Of a stretch of DNA of 57,179 nt, positions 17,185 to 26,709 are shown piece by piece. Position numbers and translations under genes: made by a program. How positions within the stretch are numbered: position 1 is the first letter of the stretch; the number at the start of each line of letters is the position of its first letter. The notes beneath the pieces are model-generated. The model did not search any database, was not told the DNA's origin, and worked only from the letters and a program-made list of their open reading frames with translations. The stretch spans positions 1 to 57,179 of the forward strand of contig CAZHOI010000004.1 of NCBI GenBank assembly GCA_964534365.1, written 5' to 3'. The DNA is from an uncultured Candidatus Saccharibacteria bacterium (GTDB lineage: Bacteria; Patescibacteriota; Minisyncoccia; Phycocordibacterales; SW-6-46-9).

Positions 17185-19122
17185 ATGTCAGATTCTATTC
17201 AAACTATTTCCTATGGCCAATCACAAATTAAAATCGATTATAACACCGGCGCGCATCACGCACATGGTTCGGTTATCGTATCCCGCGATGGCACCAGCGT
17301 TATCGTTTGCGCTACTTTCGGCCCTGATCCAGTAAATGATGAACTCAGTCAAGTTCCTTTGCAGGTTAATTACCTCGAGCCCTGGCAGGTAAAATGTGGA
17401 GATAAGAGTTGTCGCTCCTCACAATTAAGTCCAGATACTCAGGCAGCAAGATTAATTGATCGATCAATCAGGCCCCATCTGCCAGCTGGATTACAGCACC
17501 CGCTTAACTTGACGGTACAAGTATTGGCGAGCGGTTCGGCTGATATTGATGCCCTGTCAATTATCGGCAGCTCAATTGCGATTTCTAGGACTGGCCTGGA
17601 TTGGTCAGGGCCAATTGCGGCTAGTGCGGTTGAAATATGTCAAAATTATGATTTTCATATTAATGAAAAATCTATTAACCTAGCCGGGCGGCTGATGATG
17701 TCTGGATCAAATAATCTGGCCACTATGGCCGAATTTAAAGGGGTCGAGCTCTCGGAGGAAGTAGTATCTAAGGCATTGGTTCAGGCACTAGAAGCTAATA
17801 ATGCTTTTATCGAGGCCCTAAATAATAATAAAGAAACAATTGAAGATGCTAATGAAACAATTTTAAATATTAACAAACTAGCCGCCGAACATCAGCCTGA
17901 CCCAGATAAGTATGCAGAGCGCCTGGGGACTGGATATCGCGAAGACGGTCGCGGTAGCAAAGAATTAAGAGAGTTGGTGATTAAACCAAGCTACCTCGGT
18001 GGCGCTCACGGATCAGCTAAGCTTCAGCAGGATGAAACGACTGTTATTGCTGCCCTAACATTGGATAATCCGATCTCGCCTTTGGAGGGTCGTGCTAGTG
18101 CCGCGGTTAATGATGTTAAAAACACCAACCGCTTTATTGCAGAATGTCTGATAAATCCCAATGCGGCCGACCAGATGAATCAAACTAATCTGGCTTCTAT
18201 AAAAGAACATGATAGCGGCAGCTTACTTTACCAAGCCCTAGTGCCAGCACTGCCTGATGAAGGCGATTATCCATACCTGATCAAATTGGCTAGCCAGGTA
18301 ATATCCTCGGACGGATCGGCTGGCGTCGCATCAGTTGCAGCGGGATCCCTTGCCCTATATACGGCGGGGGTGCCGGTAAACAGTTTATGTGCTGGGGTAA
18401 ATATTGGATTGGCTGGATCAACAGATGAGCCTGTATTGTTAACTGATATTACCGACAGCGAGAAAGATCATGGTCAAATGCGCCTCGCAATTGCTGGAAC
18501 TACCAAGGGCATTAATGCTCTGCAGTTAGATACCAAAAATAATGGGGTGAGTTTAAAAAACTTTACCAACGCGCTTTCCAATGGCAAAGAAGCCAGAGCT
18601 GATATTATCGAGGCAATGCAAACTGCTGTAGCAGGTAGTGCCTATAACCATCCTGAAAATGCGCCCCTGATTGTTGAGATACCTCGCGAACATATTGGCC
18701 GATTAATCGGCAAAGGTGGTACTAATATCAGGCAAATTGAAGACTCTACCGAGGCCAAAATCACCGTAGAAAACAATCAATACGCTATTATTGAGGGCAG
18801 TAAAGACGCAAAAAACAAGGTGTTGGAAAAAATTGAAGCCGAAACTAGACATTATCATGTCGGCGAAGACTTCAAAGCTACAGTTCGCGAATTTCTGCCT
18901 TATGGCGCCATCGTCGAGCTGGAAGCAGGACGCGAAGCCCTATTGCACGTATCAGAATTACGTGATGCATATGTTGAGAAAACCGAAGATCTGTTAAAAG
19001 TAGGGGACGAAGTGCCGGTAACCATTGTCGAGACTTCCTCCGACGGAAGAATTAAGGTTTCAATCCGTGAAAAATACCCGGAATTTTTCAACGACTCCGC
19101 CACCACTCCCGATCAAATTTAA
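17185..19122 (+). CDS. pnp: Polynucleotide phosphorylase orthologue with degenerate active site (2 RNase PH + KH + S1)
   Basis: ARLIDRSIRP, REDGR, HGSA, LQLDTK, KH (IGRLIGKGGTNI) and S1 (GAIVEL..LLHVSEL) retained; position after rpsO; catalytic motifs altered. Confidence 0.85.
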   Translation: MSDSIQTISYGQSQIKIDYNTGAHHAHGSVIVSRDGTSVIVCATFGPDPVNDELSQVPLQVNYLEPWQVKCGDKSCRSSQLSPDTQAARLIDRSIRPHLPAGLQHPLNLTVQVLASGSADIDALSIIGSSIAISRTGLDWSGPIAASAVEICQNYDFHINEKSINLAGRLMMSGSNNLATMAEFKGVELSEEVVSKALVQALEANNAFIEALNNNKETIEDANETILNINKLAAEHQPDPDKYAERLGTGYREDGRGSKELRELVIKPSYLGGAHGSAKLQQDETTVIAALTLDNPISPLEGRASAAVNDVKNTNRFIAECLINPNAADQMNQTNLASIKEHDSGSLLYQALVPALPDEGDYPYLIKLASQVISSDGSAGVASVAAGSLALYTAGVPVNSLCAGVNIGLAGSTDEPVLLTDITDSEKDHGQMRLAIAGTTKGINALQLDTKNNGVSLKNFTNALSNGKEARADIIEAMQTAVAGSAYNHPENAPLIVEIPREHIGRLIGKGGTNIRQIEDSTEAKITVENNQYAIIEGSKDAKNKVLEKIEAETRHYHVGEDFKATVREFLPYGAIVELEAGREALLHVSELRDAYVEKTEDLLKVGDEVPVTIVETSSDGRIKVSIREKYPEFFNDSATTPDQI

Positions 19123-19176
19123 TTTATCATCCTTGGTTTGCTTTAGAGCAAGTGCGCTATAATTAGAGAAAGTTAT

Positions 19177-21030
19177 ATGGCAACCAAAATCAAACCAATC
19201 AGTAGTAATTCAAATCCTCAATCATCGGTTAGTAATGCCGGTGTTCAAACACAAATATTGCCCAGCCGCACCATGGCCAGCGACGCCGATCGTGCCCATA
19301 AAATCGAGGCCGATCGCCAACAGGCCTCACAAGACGCTATTGCCGAAATTAAAGAACTGGAAAGGGCTTTGTCACAAAATGATTCTGATAAAAAGCCAGT
19401 AGGAACTGATTTAGAGCGTCATACACACTCACAAAAAAATCAACATGATAAGTTTAATTCTAATGAAGATTTAGACAAGAACAGTATCCAGAATAAGATC
19501 AGTAATGAGGTTGATAAGGTTGACACTCCAAAAATGGTAAAAGGCGACGATCAAATTGCGGCTAATCCAGATAATAATAGCAGTCTTGTCACTGCGCTAG
19601 ATTTGGATTTGAATAGTTCGGACTCCGGTTTAGAGCCGATGTTTGACAACCGTGATATCAACAATGATGCTGCTATTGGTACAAAAAAAATAAAGGCAAT
19701 GGGCGGCAATGATGATGAGGTTAGGCCTGAAAATAACTTTGCTAACGGCGATGTTACTACCATTGGTAATATTAAATCTAATCGATCTAATTCAGCACCC
19801 AGCTCCCAGCAACCTAAAAGCGCTGATAGGAAAGCTCTTGATTTGGAAAAATTAGCCCTTACCAATAGCCAATCTACTGACAGTGATGATGCATCAAAAA
19901 CCTCTCGTGATGGTTCTGATGATCAAGATAGTGGTGACAAATCCAATGACAGTAATCATAAAGCCTCTAAAGCTTCGCCAGCAGCTGAGAGCCAGTTCCG
20001 AACCAGTAAAGCTAGTCAATCTAGCGATTCAACCAGAAAAGAAGCAGCAAAAACTAAAGACAGTAAAGAGGAAGAGTCTAGTGATCCAAATAAAACCAAG
20101 ACTACATTCAGCGACAGTCATCTGGTGCGGGTAATCAAAGATGAAGAGGAGGCTGTCATTGAACCTGCTGCTGACACGGTTTCAAATCACGAAGATATTC
20201 GCATCACTACTTTGCGCAAAGAAATCGTAAAAGAAGAAAAAGCAAAACTAGGTTACATCCAGCAGCGGTCCGAATTCACCAGCAAAGAACAACCAATTCG
20301 TCATCAGATCGAAGATTTAAAGCATAAGTTTGAAAAAGCTAAATCCGAGCTGGAACCGTTTCAAAATAAACAACAATCTATTGAAGCCAAGATCACTCAA
20401 ACCGAACAATCTGAAGAGTCAGCCGCAACCCCAGACGAGCGCCATCAAATCGAGAGTCAGCGCTGGCAACTAGAAGACGAGCGCCATGAACTAGAACAAC
20501 AAAAATGGCAAAAAAGCAAAGCTGCCGAGGCGATTGGTTTAGAAATAAAAGACAAAGAGTCTGAACTTGCTAATATCCTTGACGAAGCTAGGTCAATTGA
20601 CGAAGCGATAGAAAATTCAAATCAGCGAGTTCGACAACTAGATTTAGAGATTACCCTGGTAGAGTTAAGTGATCAAAAAGATGCCTTGGAAGAGAAATGG
20701 GTTAATTTGAACGAACAAAAACGCCAAGCCGATAAACAATTAGAGGAAGCGGTTCAGAACGAGCAGGTAATCGAAGAGCAGATTGATCAACTGCGACAAA
20801 ATGCAATTGAAACCAAAGATTTATCAGTCAAGCATGAATTCGAAGAGGAAAGGCGACGACTATCATTGGAACGTCGAAAACTAGAACAAAAACGGTGGAA
20901 ACTAGAACAAAAAACTACTGCCACACAGTCACAAATCGAGAGCCTGAAACCGCAGTATCAACAGGCCCTTGATGCCGAAAACGAGGCCAAACAAGAATTG
21001 CAAAATATCAAGCCATCCAACAAAAATTGA
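19177..21030 (+). CDS. Hypothetical protein: low-complexity S/D/N-rich N-half, long coiled-coil C-half
   Basis: 617-aa ORF; tataat at 19158; recurrent W-containing heptads (RWQLE, QKWQ, EKW, KRWKL). Confidence 0.7.
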   Translation: MATKIKPISSNSNPQSSVSNAGVQTQILPSRTMASDADRAHKIEADRQQASQDAIAEIKELERALSQNDSDKKPVGTDLERHTHSQKNQHDKFNSNEDLDKNSIQNKISNEVDKVDTPKMVKGDDQIAANPDNNSSLVTALDLDLNSSDSGLEPMFDNRDINNDAAIGTKKIKAMGGNDDEVRPENNFANGDVTTIGNIKSNRSNSAPSSQQPKSADRKALDLEKLALTNSQSTDSDDASKTSRDGSDDQDSGDKSNDSNHKASKASPAAESQFRTSKASQSSDSTRKEAAKTKDSKEEESSDPNKTKTTFSDSHLVRVIKDEEEAVIEPAADTVSNHEDIRITTLRKEIVKEEKAKLGYIQQRSEFTSKEQPIRHQIEDLKHKFEKAKSELEPFQNKQQSIEAKITQTEQSEESAATPDERHQIESQRWQLEDERHELEQQKWQKSKAAEAIGLEIKDKESELANILDEARSIDEAIENSNQRVRQLDLEITLVELSDQKDALEEKWVNLNEQKRQADKQLEEAVQNEQVIEEQIDQLRQNAIETKDLSVKHEFEEERRRLSLERRKLEQKRWKLEQKTTATQSQIESLKPQYQQALDAENEAKQELQNIKPSNKN

Positions 21031-21812
21031 TGCCCCCTGTCGAAAACACCTCCGAATCTGACAATACTGACCAACAATCTAGCTATTCAACCCTGCCACG
21101 TGATGACCAGTCCGAAATTACTGAAACCCTACGTCGCCTTAAATCCTCTAGTGATAATAACAATCCTACGATCTACCATTCGGCCATAAACGAAAGTCCT
21201 GCTAGATTATTTAGAAGTCGGTACTTTATTCTAATCATTCTGTCACTATCAATTATTGCCCTTATCGGATTTATAGGATTAACTGCGATTAACTATACTC
21301 AGAATTCAAATCAGACAATTGTGCAGATCGAGGTTAATAATGTAATCGAGATAGAGGAGAAAATAGCCGACTTTCGCGGGCGAGAAAGCTCGATTATTGA
21401 TTTTCAGTTTGCGGCTGAATCTAGCGAGTCTTCGCCAGACGATCAAGCTCGATTCTATCAACAGGTGTTCAGTGAATTAGGTATTTCAAATACACAGCGT
21501 CTGGCATTAAATCTAAGATCTAATGTTGTGATACAAAAATCTGGTCAACACTGGCTTAGTGCTTGGGCAGTTTATGATCCATCACTGGCTACCGCCAGCT
21601 TGCGGCAGGCAGAATCTAATTTAAATATCAGTGGATCAAGTCCGACAGGGAACACATGGCAGGATAGTGTTGTTGCCGACGATTCATTTAGAACTAATGG
21701 GGAGATGGTTTATCTGATTGATAATAATGTAGTGATGATTGGTAGCGACCCTGAATTTTTGCAGCAGCACCGATCTGAAATAATTTCACGACTTCAGCCT
21801 TTAAATAATTAG
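21027..21812 (+). CDS. Hypothetical single-pass membrane protein
   Basis: TM segment YFILIILSLSIIALIGFIGL; 4-nt overlap with the upstream gene. Confidence 0.65.
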   Translation: MMPPVENTSESDNTDQQSSYSTLPRDDQSEITETLRRLKSSSDNNNPTIYHSAINESPARLFRSRYFILIILSLSIIALIGFIGLTAINYTQNSNQTIVQIEVNNVIEIEEKIADFRGRESSIIDFQFAAESSESSPDDQARFYQQVFSELGISNTQRLALNLRSNVVIQKSGQHWLSAWAVYDPSLATASLRQAESNLNISGSSPTGNTWQDSVVADDSFRTNGEMVYLIDNNVVMIGSDPEFLQQHRSEIISRLQPLNN

Positions 21813-21850
21813 TTTGATTATCTAATTTTTAAACGCTACGATACCTAATT

Positions 21851-22252
21851 ATGGACACTAATAAATACCAACAGCAGCTAGAAAAAGAGCGCGATCGCTT
21901 AATTGCTGAATTAGAAAAAATAGCCTTTCGCGATGATGAAAACCCAAATGACTGGGTACCGCGTCGCGAAGATCAGAATATCTCGGACAATGAAGCGGTC
22001 GAGAACTTTGAGCTGGCCGAAGAAATTGAAGAGTATGAAAAAAATACGGCGACCGTTAAAGAATTAGAAGGTAGGCTAAATGAGGTAAAGGCGGCCCTAA
22101 AAAGAATTTCCGACGGTAAATTTGGAATTGACGAAGTATCTGGCGAGCCTATTTCACCCGAACGTCTAGAAGCAAATCCAGCTGCGCGATCATCGGTTGC
22201 CAACGCTCCACAATTGGAACGCAAACCCAAAACTGAAAACGAGATTGATTAA
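21851..22252 (+). CDS. DksA/TraR-like protein without zinc-finger cysteines
   Basis: N-terminal coiled coil, LEGRLNEVKAALKRI.DGKFG, GEPI..ERLEANPAAR; no Cys anywhere. Confidence 0.8.
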   Translation: MDTNKYQQQLEKERDRLIAELEKIAFRDDENPNDWVPRREDQNISDNEAVENFELAEEIEEYEKNTATVKELEGRLNEVKAALKRISDGKFGIDEVSGEPISPERLEANPAARSSVANAPQLERKPKTENEID

Positions 22253-22274
22253 TACTTTGGACAAGAAATGATTG

Positions 22275-22297
22275 CCTCGTGATAGCGAGGTTTTTTT
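22275..22297 (+). terminator. Intrinsic terminator
   Basis: cctcg-tgatag-cgagg followed by T7. Confidence 0.65.
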
Positions 22298-22311
22298 AAT
22301 ATGATGTATAC

Positions 22312-23811
22312 ATGAAGTACAGATCAAATAATAGTAAGGTTAATGTGCTTTTAAACGATTTAGCTGAACACAACACTTATTCTAGAATAGGCAACTTGTT
22401 ACGCTGGGACCTTGAAACTCAATTGCCAGGCCAAGGGATCGAATTACGCACCGAAGAATTGGCTAAAATTGACGTCTTATCCCATCAAGCTTTTTTAAAC
22501 ATCAATAAAAATAGCAATTTGGAAAATCTAAGCAGAGAGATAGAAGATTTAAGCGAAGAAGATCAAATCATTGTAAGAGAAGTGAAACGAGAGTATGAAA
22601 AGCAGGCCGTATTGCCAGATAGCTTAGTCAAGAAAATTTCGAAGTGTTCTTCATCTGGAACAATAGCTTGGCAAAAATCTTTAAAATCTGATGACTCGAC
22701 ATACTTTTTGCCAAAATTAGAAGAAATGATCGATTTAAAAAAACAAGTTATTAAACACAGAAATACAGCTGCCTCTCCCTATGATGTTCTCCTGGATGAG
22801 TATGAACCAGGTTTGACTACTAATGAAATTAGGCCTGTTCTCGAGCAAACAAAATCGGCAACTATAGATTTGCTTGATAGCCTACCTAAAAAACAAAACC
22901 AGATAAACCTTTCTCACAACAAAATATTTATTCCTGTTCAACATGAATTCAATGATTATATATCTGAATTAGTAGGGTTTGATTTTAATAAAGGCGTTAG
23001 TTCAGTTAGTACCCACCCCTTTACATCACAACAAAGCCCTAATGATGTTCGTTTTACCAGTCGCTACAAAACAGGCGACGTCCTCTATGCCATCTCTTCA
23101 ACAATGCATGAAACGGGCCATGCGCTTTATGAACAAAACTTGCCTTATCAAAAATACGGTACACCGCTCGCACAATATATCTCATTAGGCGTGCACGAAT
23201 CTCAGTCGAGATTTTACGAAAACCAAATAGGTAGATCAAAAGAATTTGCTGAAATTTTAGCTAAAGAGCTAAGCAACAGGATAGACATAAAATTTACGTC
23301 AAGTGAAATTTATCATTACTACAATACATTTGCACCTAGTCTTATTAGAGTAGAGGCAGACGAATTGACATATAATCTTCATATAGTCATCAGATTTGAA
23401 ATAGAAAACGCTATTTTTAACGAAAACTTAAAAGTGGGTCAGATAGAGGATATGTGGAACAATAAATATAAGGAGTACCTCGGAGTTACGCCAAATAATT
23501 TATCAGAAGGTTTTTTACAAGATGTTCACTGGTCGCAAGGCTTGTTCGGGTATTTTCCAACTTATACCCTAGGAAGCATTTATGCTGCCCAAATAACTAC
23601 TGCAATGCAGAATCAAATTGGTGATTTATCTGACTTGATTTCTAATCAAAGTTTCGAAACTATTCTTACTTGGTTAGATCAAAATATATACAAATATGGC
23701 AAGACATATAATGCAACAGAACTCATTGAAAAAATTACTGGCAACAAGCTTGATGCTGGTCCTTTAATATTTAGGTTAAAAAATAAAGTTGATAGCATAT
23801 CAAGTGATTAA
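22312..23811 (+). CDS. Carboxypeptidase M32 (Taq-type)
   Basis: HPF, DVRFTSRY, HETGH (HEXXH), GVHESQSRFYEN, IRVEADE.TYNLH, QDVHW, GYFPTY.LG. Confidence 0.93.
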   Translation: MKYRSNNSKVNVLLNDLAEHNTYSRIGNLLRWDLETQLPGQGIELRTEELAKIDVLSHQAFLNINKNSNLENLSREIEDLSEEDQIIVREVKREYEKQAVLPDSLVKKISKCSSSGTIAWQKSLKSDDSTYFLPKLEEMIDLKKQVIKHRNTAASPYDVLLDEYEPGLTTNEIRPVLEQTKSATIDLLDSLPKKQNQINLSHNKIFIPVQHEFNDYISELVGFDFNKGVSSVSTHPFTSQQSPNDVRFTSRYKTGDVLYAISSTMHETGHALYEQNLPYQKYGTPLAQYISLGVHESQSRFYENQIGRSKEFAEILAKELSNRIDIKFTSSEIYHYYNTFAPSLIRVEADELTYNLHIVIRFEIENAIFNENLKVGQIEDMWNNKYKEYLGVTPNNLSEGFLQDVHWSQGLFGYFPTYTLGSIYAAQITTAMQNQIGDLSDLISNQSFETILTWLDQNIYKYGKTYNATELIEKITGNKLDAGPLIFRLKNKVDSISSD

Positions 23812-23832
23812 TTTTGTCATATAATAGTAGAG

Positions 23833-25365
23833 ATGAAAAAATACTATGCGCAAGTATATTCAGCGCAAGTTGACGGCCTGAACGGTCATCTAGTGACGGT
23901 CGAGCTGGATCTTTCAAACGGATTGTATAATTTTTCCATAGTTGGATTAGGGGACAAGGCAGTTGATGAGGCTCGTGATCGTGTATCGGCTGCAATCAAG
24001 AATTCAGGGTTCAAACCACCAAAACAGCGCCAGCAAAAGGTAGTAGTGTCACTGGCCCCAGCTGATTTACCCAAAGGTGGTTCACGGTTTGATTTGGCAA
24101 TTGCAGTGGGATATTTAAAAGCAGCGGGCGAGATTGATTTTGATTCTAGTGATAAAGCTTTTGTCGGCGAGCTATCACTCGACGGTGGGGTGCGTCCGGT
24201 TAAGGGATCGTTGCGATTAGCCCAGGCGGCCTTGTCAGCTGGCATCGGCGAACTATATGTCCCGGTTGATAACGTTGGCGAGGCCGCGCTAATTGATGGT
24301 ATTGACGTAATTGGTGTTGAGAGTTTGTCTGATCTAGTCGCTCATTTGGATTCTAGCCGCGAAGAGACCCTGCCAATCCACACGGCAAAACTAGATAACC
24401 GCCGTCAAGAAACCGGGCCGATTATTGATTTTTCAGATGTTCGCGGACAACAATCAGCCAAGCGTGCGCTAGAAATCGCTGCTGCTGGCGGGCACAATCT
24501 GGCGATGTACGGGCCGCCGGGAACTGGTAAAACTATGCTGGCTAAAGCTTTTTCCGGAATTCTACCCAACCTTAGTCAAGACGAAATGTTGGAGGTAACT
24601 GCCATTCATTCAGTAGTTGATCGGGTTGATGGACCAATATTTCAACCGCCACTTCGATCTCCTCACCATACCGCCAGTCACGTAGCAATTGTTGGGGGCG
24701 GATCAAATCCACGACCGGGCGAGATCACCCTGGCCCATCATGGGGTCATTTTTATGGACGAATTTCCTGAATTTGATCGCAAAGTTTTGGAGACGCTGCG
24801 ACAACCTCTTGAAGATGGCACCGTTACAGTTTCGCGCGCCCGCGGCACCTATACTTTCCCCGCCAGATTTATTCTATTAGCGGCAATGAATCCATGTCCC
24901 TGTGGATTTTTAGGATCACACAAACCCTGCACCTGCAGCCCGATTCAGATTGAACGTTACAAGAAAAAACTTTCGGGTCCAATAATTGATCGAATTGACC
25001 TTTGGACCGAGGTCGCCCACGTAGACATTGCAAAGCTGGGCCAACGCGATCCCCAAGCTGATACCACCAAAGTTATTCGCGGTCGAGTTCGCAAAGCTCG
25101 CGACACACAACGCGAGCGCTACCGCAAAAAATCAATTTCATATAATCGAGACCTGCCGTCATCAGTTATCGAGCAGGTTATTAATATATCGAACTCGGCG
25201 AAATCCCTTGCTCAACAGTCTGCCCGCAAACTCGAGCTCTCGCCTCGATCATATTTTCGAGTCCTGCGAGTCGCCAGAACCATTGCTGACCTGGACGAAT
25301 CAAAAGACGTTAACGAACCTCATATCCTAGAAGCCTTGCAATACCGCCCTAAACAAATGCTTTAA
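23833..25365 (+). CDS. comM: YifB/ComM family Mg-chelatase-like AAA+ ATPase
   Basis: Lon-like N-domain (LAPADLPKGGSRFDLAIA), GPPGTGKT, RSPHHTAS, DEFPEF, NPCPCG, SGPIIDRID. Confidence 0.9.
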   Translation: MKKYYAQVYSAQVDGLNGHLVTVELDLSNGLYNFSIVGLGDKAVDEARDRVSAAIKNSGFKPPKQRQQKVVVSLAPADLPKGGSRFDLAIAVGYLKAAGEIDFDSSDKAFVGELSLDGGVRPVKGSLRLAQAALSAGIGELYVPVDNVGEAALIDGIDVIGVESLSDLVAHLDSSREETLPIHTAKLDNRRQETGPIIDFSDVRGQQSAKRALEIAAAGGHNLAMYGPPGTGKTMLAKAFSGILPNLSQDEMLEVTAIHSVVDRVDGPIFQPPLRSPHHTASHVAIVGGGSNPRPGEITLAHHGVIFMDEFPEFDRKVLETLRQPLEDGTVTVSRARGTYTFPARFILLAAMNPCPCGFLGSHKPCTCSPIQIERYKKKLSGPIIDRIDLWTEVAHVDIAKLGQRDPQADTTKVIRGRVRKARDTQRERYRKKSISYNRDLPSSVIEQVINISNSAKSLAQQSARKLELSPRSYFRVLRVARTIADLDESKDVNEPHILEALQYRPKQML

Positions 25366-25425
25366 GCAGCGGCAGTAATCACCCTAAAATTTTTAAGTAG
25401 GGTATCTCTAGATTCTTTATGGAAA

Positions 25426-26328
25426 TTAAGCGCCGCAGCGCGATAGGTAACCGCAGGATGCAAATGGATTGGTGGATCCGTGAATTTCAAAATGTAGATG
25501 CGGCCCTGAAGACCGACCAGTATTACCAACGTAACCAATCACTTCACCAGCAGAAACAGTTTGTCCAGATGCTATTTGAAGAGACGATAAATGCGCGTAG
25601 CGACTCCAGGTGCCATCCTGATGATCGATCTCGATGACCGTGCCAAACCCGCCATTATAGCCTGTGGACGCTTTGGTAATAACACCTCCATCAGAGGCCA
25701 ATACCGCCGTTCCAACTGGTGCGCCAAAGTCTACCGCTCGTGCCTGGCCATGAGTAGTTTGAGTCACAATTGATCCGGGGGAGGGATGTAGCCAACCACC
25801 TCGAGTCTGTGATTCTGGTTCCGGTTCTGATTCTGATTCTGACTGAGATTCATTATCGTCAGCACCACCACGACCAATTAGATAGGAACCTTGTGCGAGT
25901 TTATACGGTATCACTAACCTTTGACCAACTGATATTTGTTGGTTGTTCAAATCGTTTAATTCGATTAAATCTGGGGCAGAAACTTGGAATCGGGTTGCGA
26001 TTGCCGAAATGCTATCACCTTCTTTAGTTAAATAAACCAGTCCGTCAAGAGGCAAAATAGCCAATTCTTGACCGGGCTGGATTGGCGTATCTGCAGTTAT
26101 GCCATTTGCCCAAAATATGGTTTCCACTCGCAAATTATAATGATCGGCAATTTCAGAAATCGTTTCCCCCGATGTGACCTGATGGGTATTTATGTCAACT
26201 GGGTGTGGTAAATCCTCTAGCGGTAATTGAGAATTGGACTCGGCCACAGTTGTTGTAGGCTCTTTAACCACCATTTGTTTTTCGACTTGCTGCCCAGTTG
26301 ATGGACTGTAAACTGCCAGCGAAACCAT
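25426..26328 (-). CDS. LysM-M23 peptidase (true start probably further upstream)
   Basis: Two LysM repeats (HQVTSGETISEIA, YLTKEGDSISAIA); M23 motifs H....VDF and RSSGPHLHFE. Confidence 0.88.
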   Translation of the reverse strand: MVSLAVYSPSTGQQVEKQMVVKEPTTTVAESNSQLPLEDLPHPVDINTHQVTSGETISEIADHYNLRVETIFWANGITADTPIQPGQELAILPLDGLVYLTKEGDSISAIATRFQVSAPDLIELNDLNNQQISVGQRLVIPYKLAQGSYLIGRGGADDNESQSESESEPEPESQTRGGWLHPSPGSIVTQTTHGQARAVDFGAPVGTAVLASDGGVITKASTGYNGGFGTVIEIDHQDGTWSRYAHLSSLQIASGQTVSAGEVIGYVGNTGRSSGPHLHFEIHGSTNPFASCGYLSRCGA

Positions 26329-26709
26329 TGAAACAAATAATAATACAAAAGCTGCTGTTATCTGATTGGTTTTTTTACCTACCGCGCCAGTGCTGTCAGG
26401 GCGAGTAATTTTTTCAAGTTGTCTAAAACCGTTATTCCAAGAATATAAAATATAATCTTTTTTAGGTAGTAATGAGGACCTCCAATTAAGTCAATATCAT
26501 CCTCACTTATCGCAGTGATCCTAGATTGCTCCAGATTCCATTTGCGAGTAAGTGAATAAGATAATAACAATCCTATATCTTACGTCAGCCTTGTAGGATA
26601 CGAAACATCTCGTATTGTTATTGTCAAATCTGATTGCCAACTAAAATCTTTTATTTGCTAATTTAGCTATAGCTGTACTTTACTGATCTAGGGTCTATAG
26701 TACGAATAA

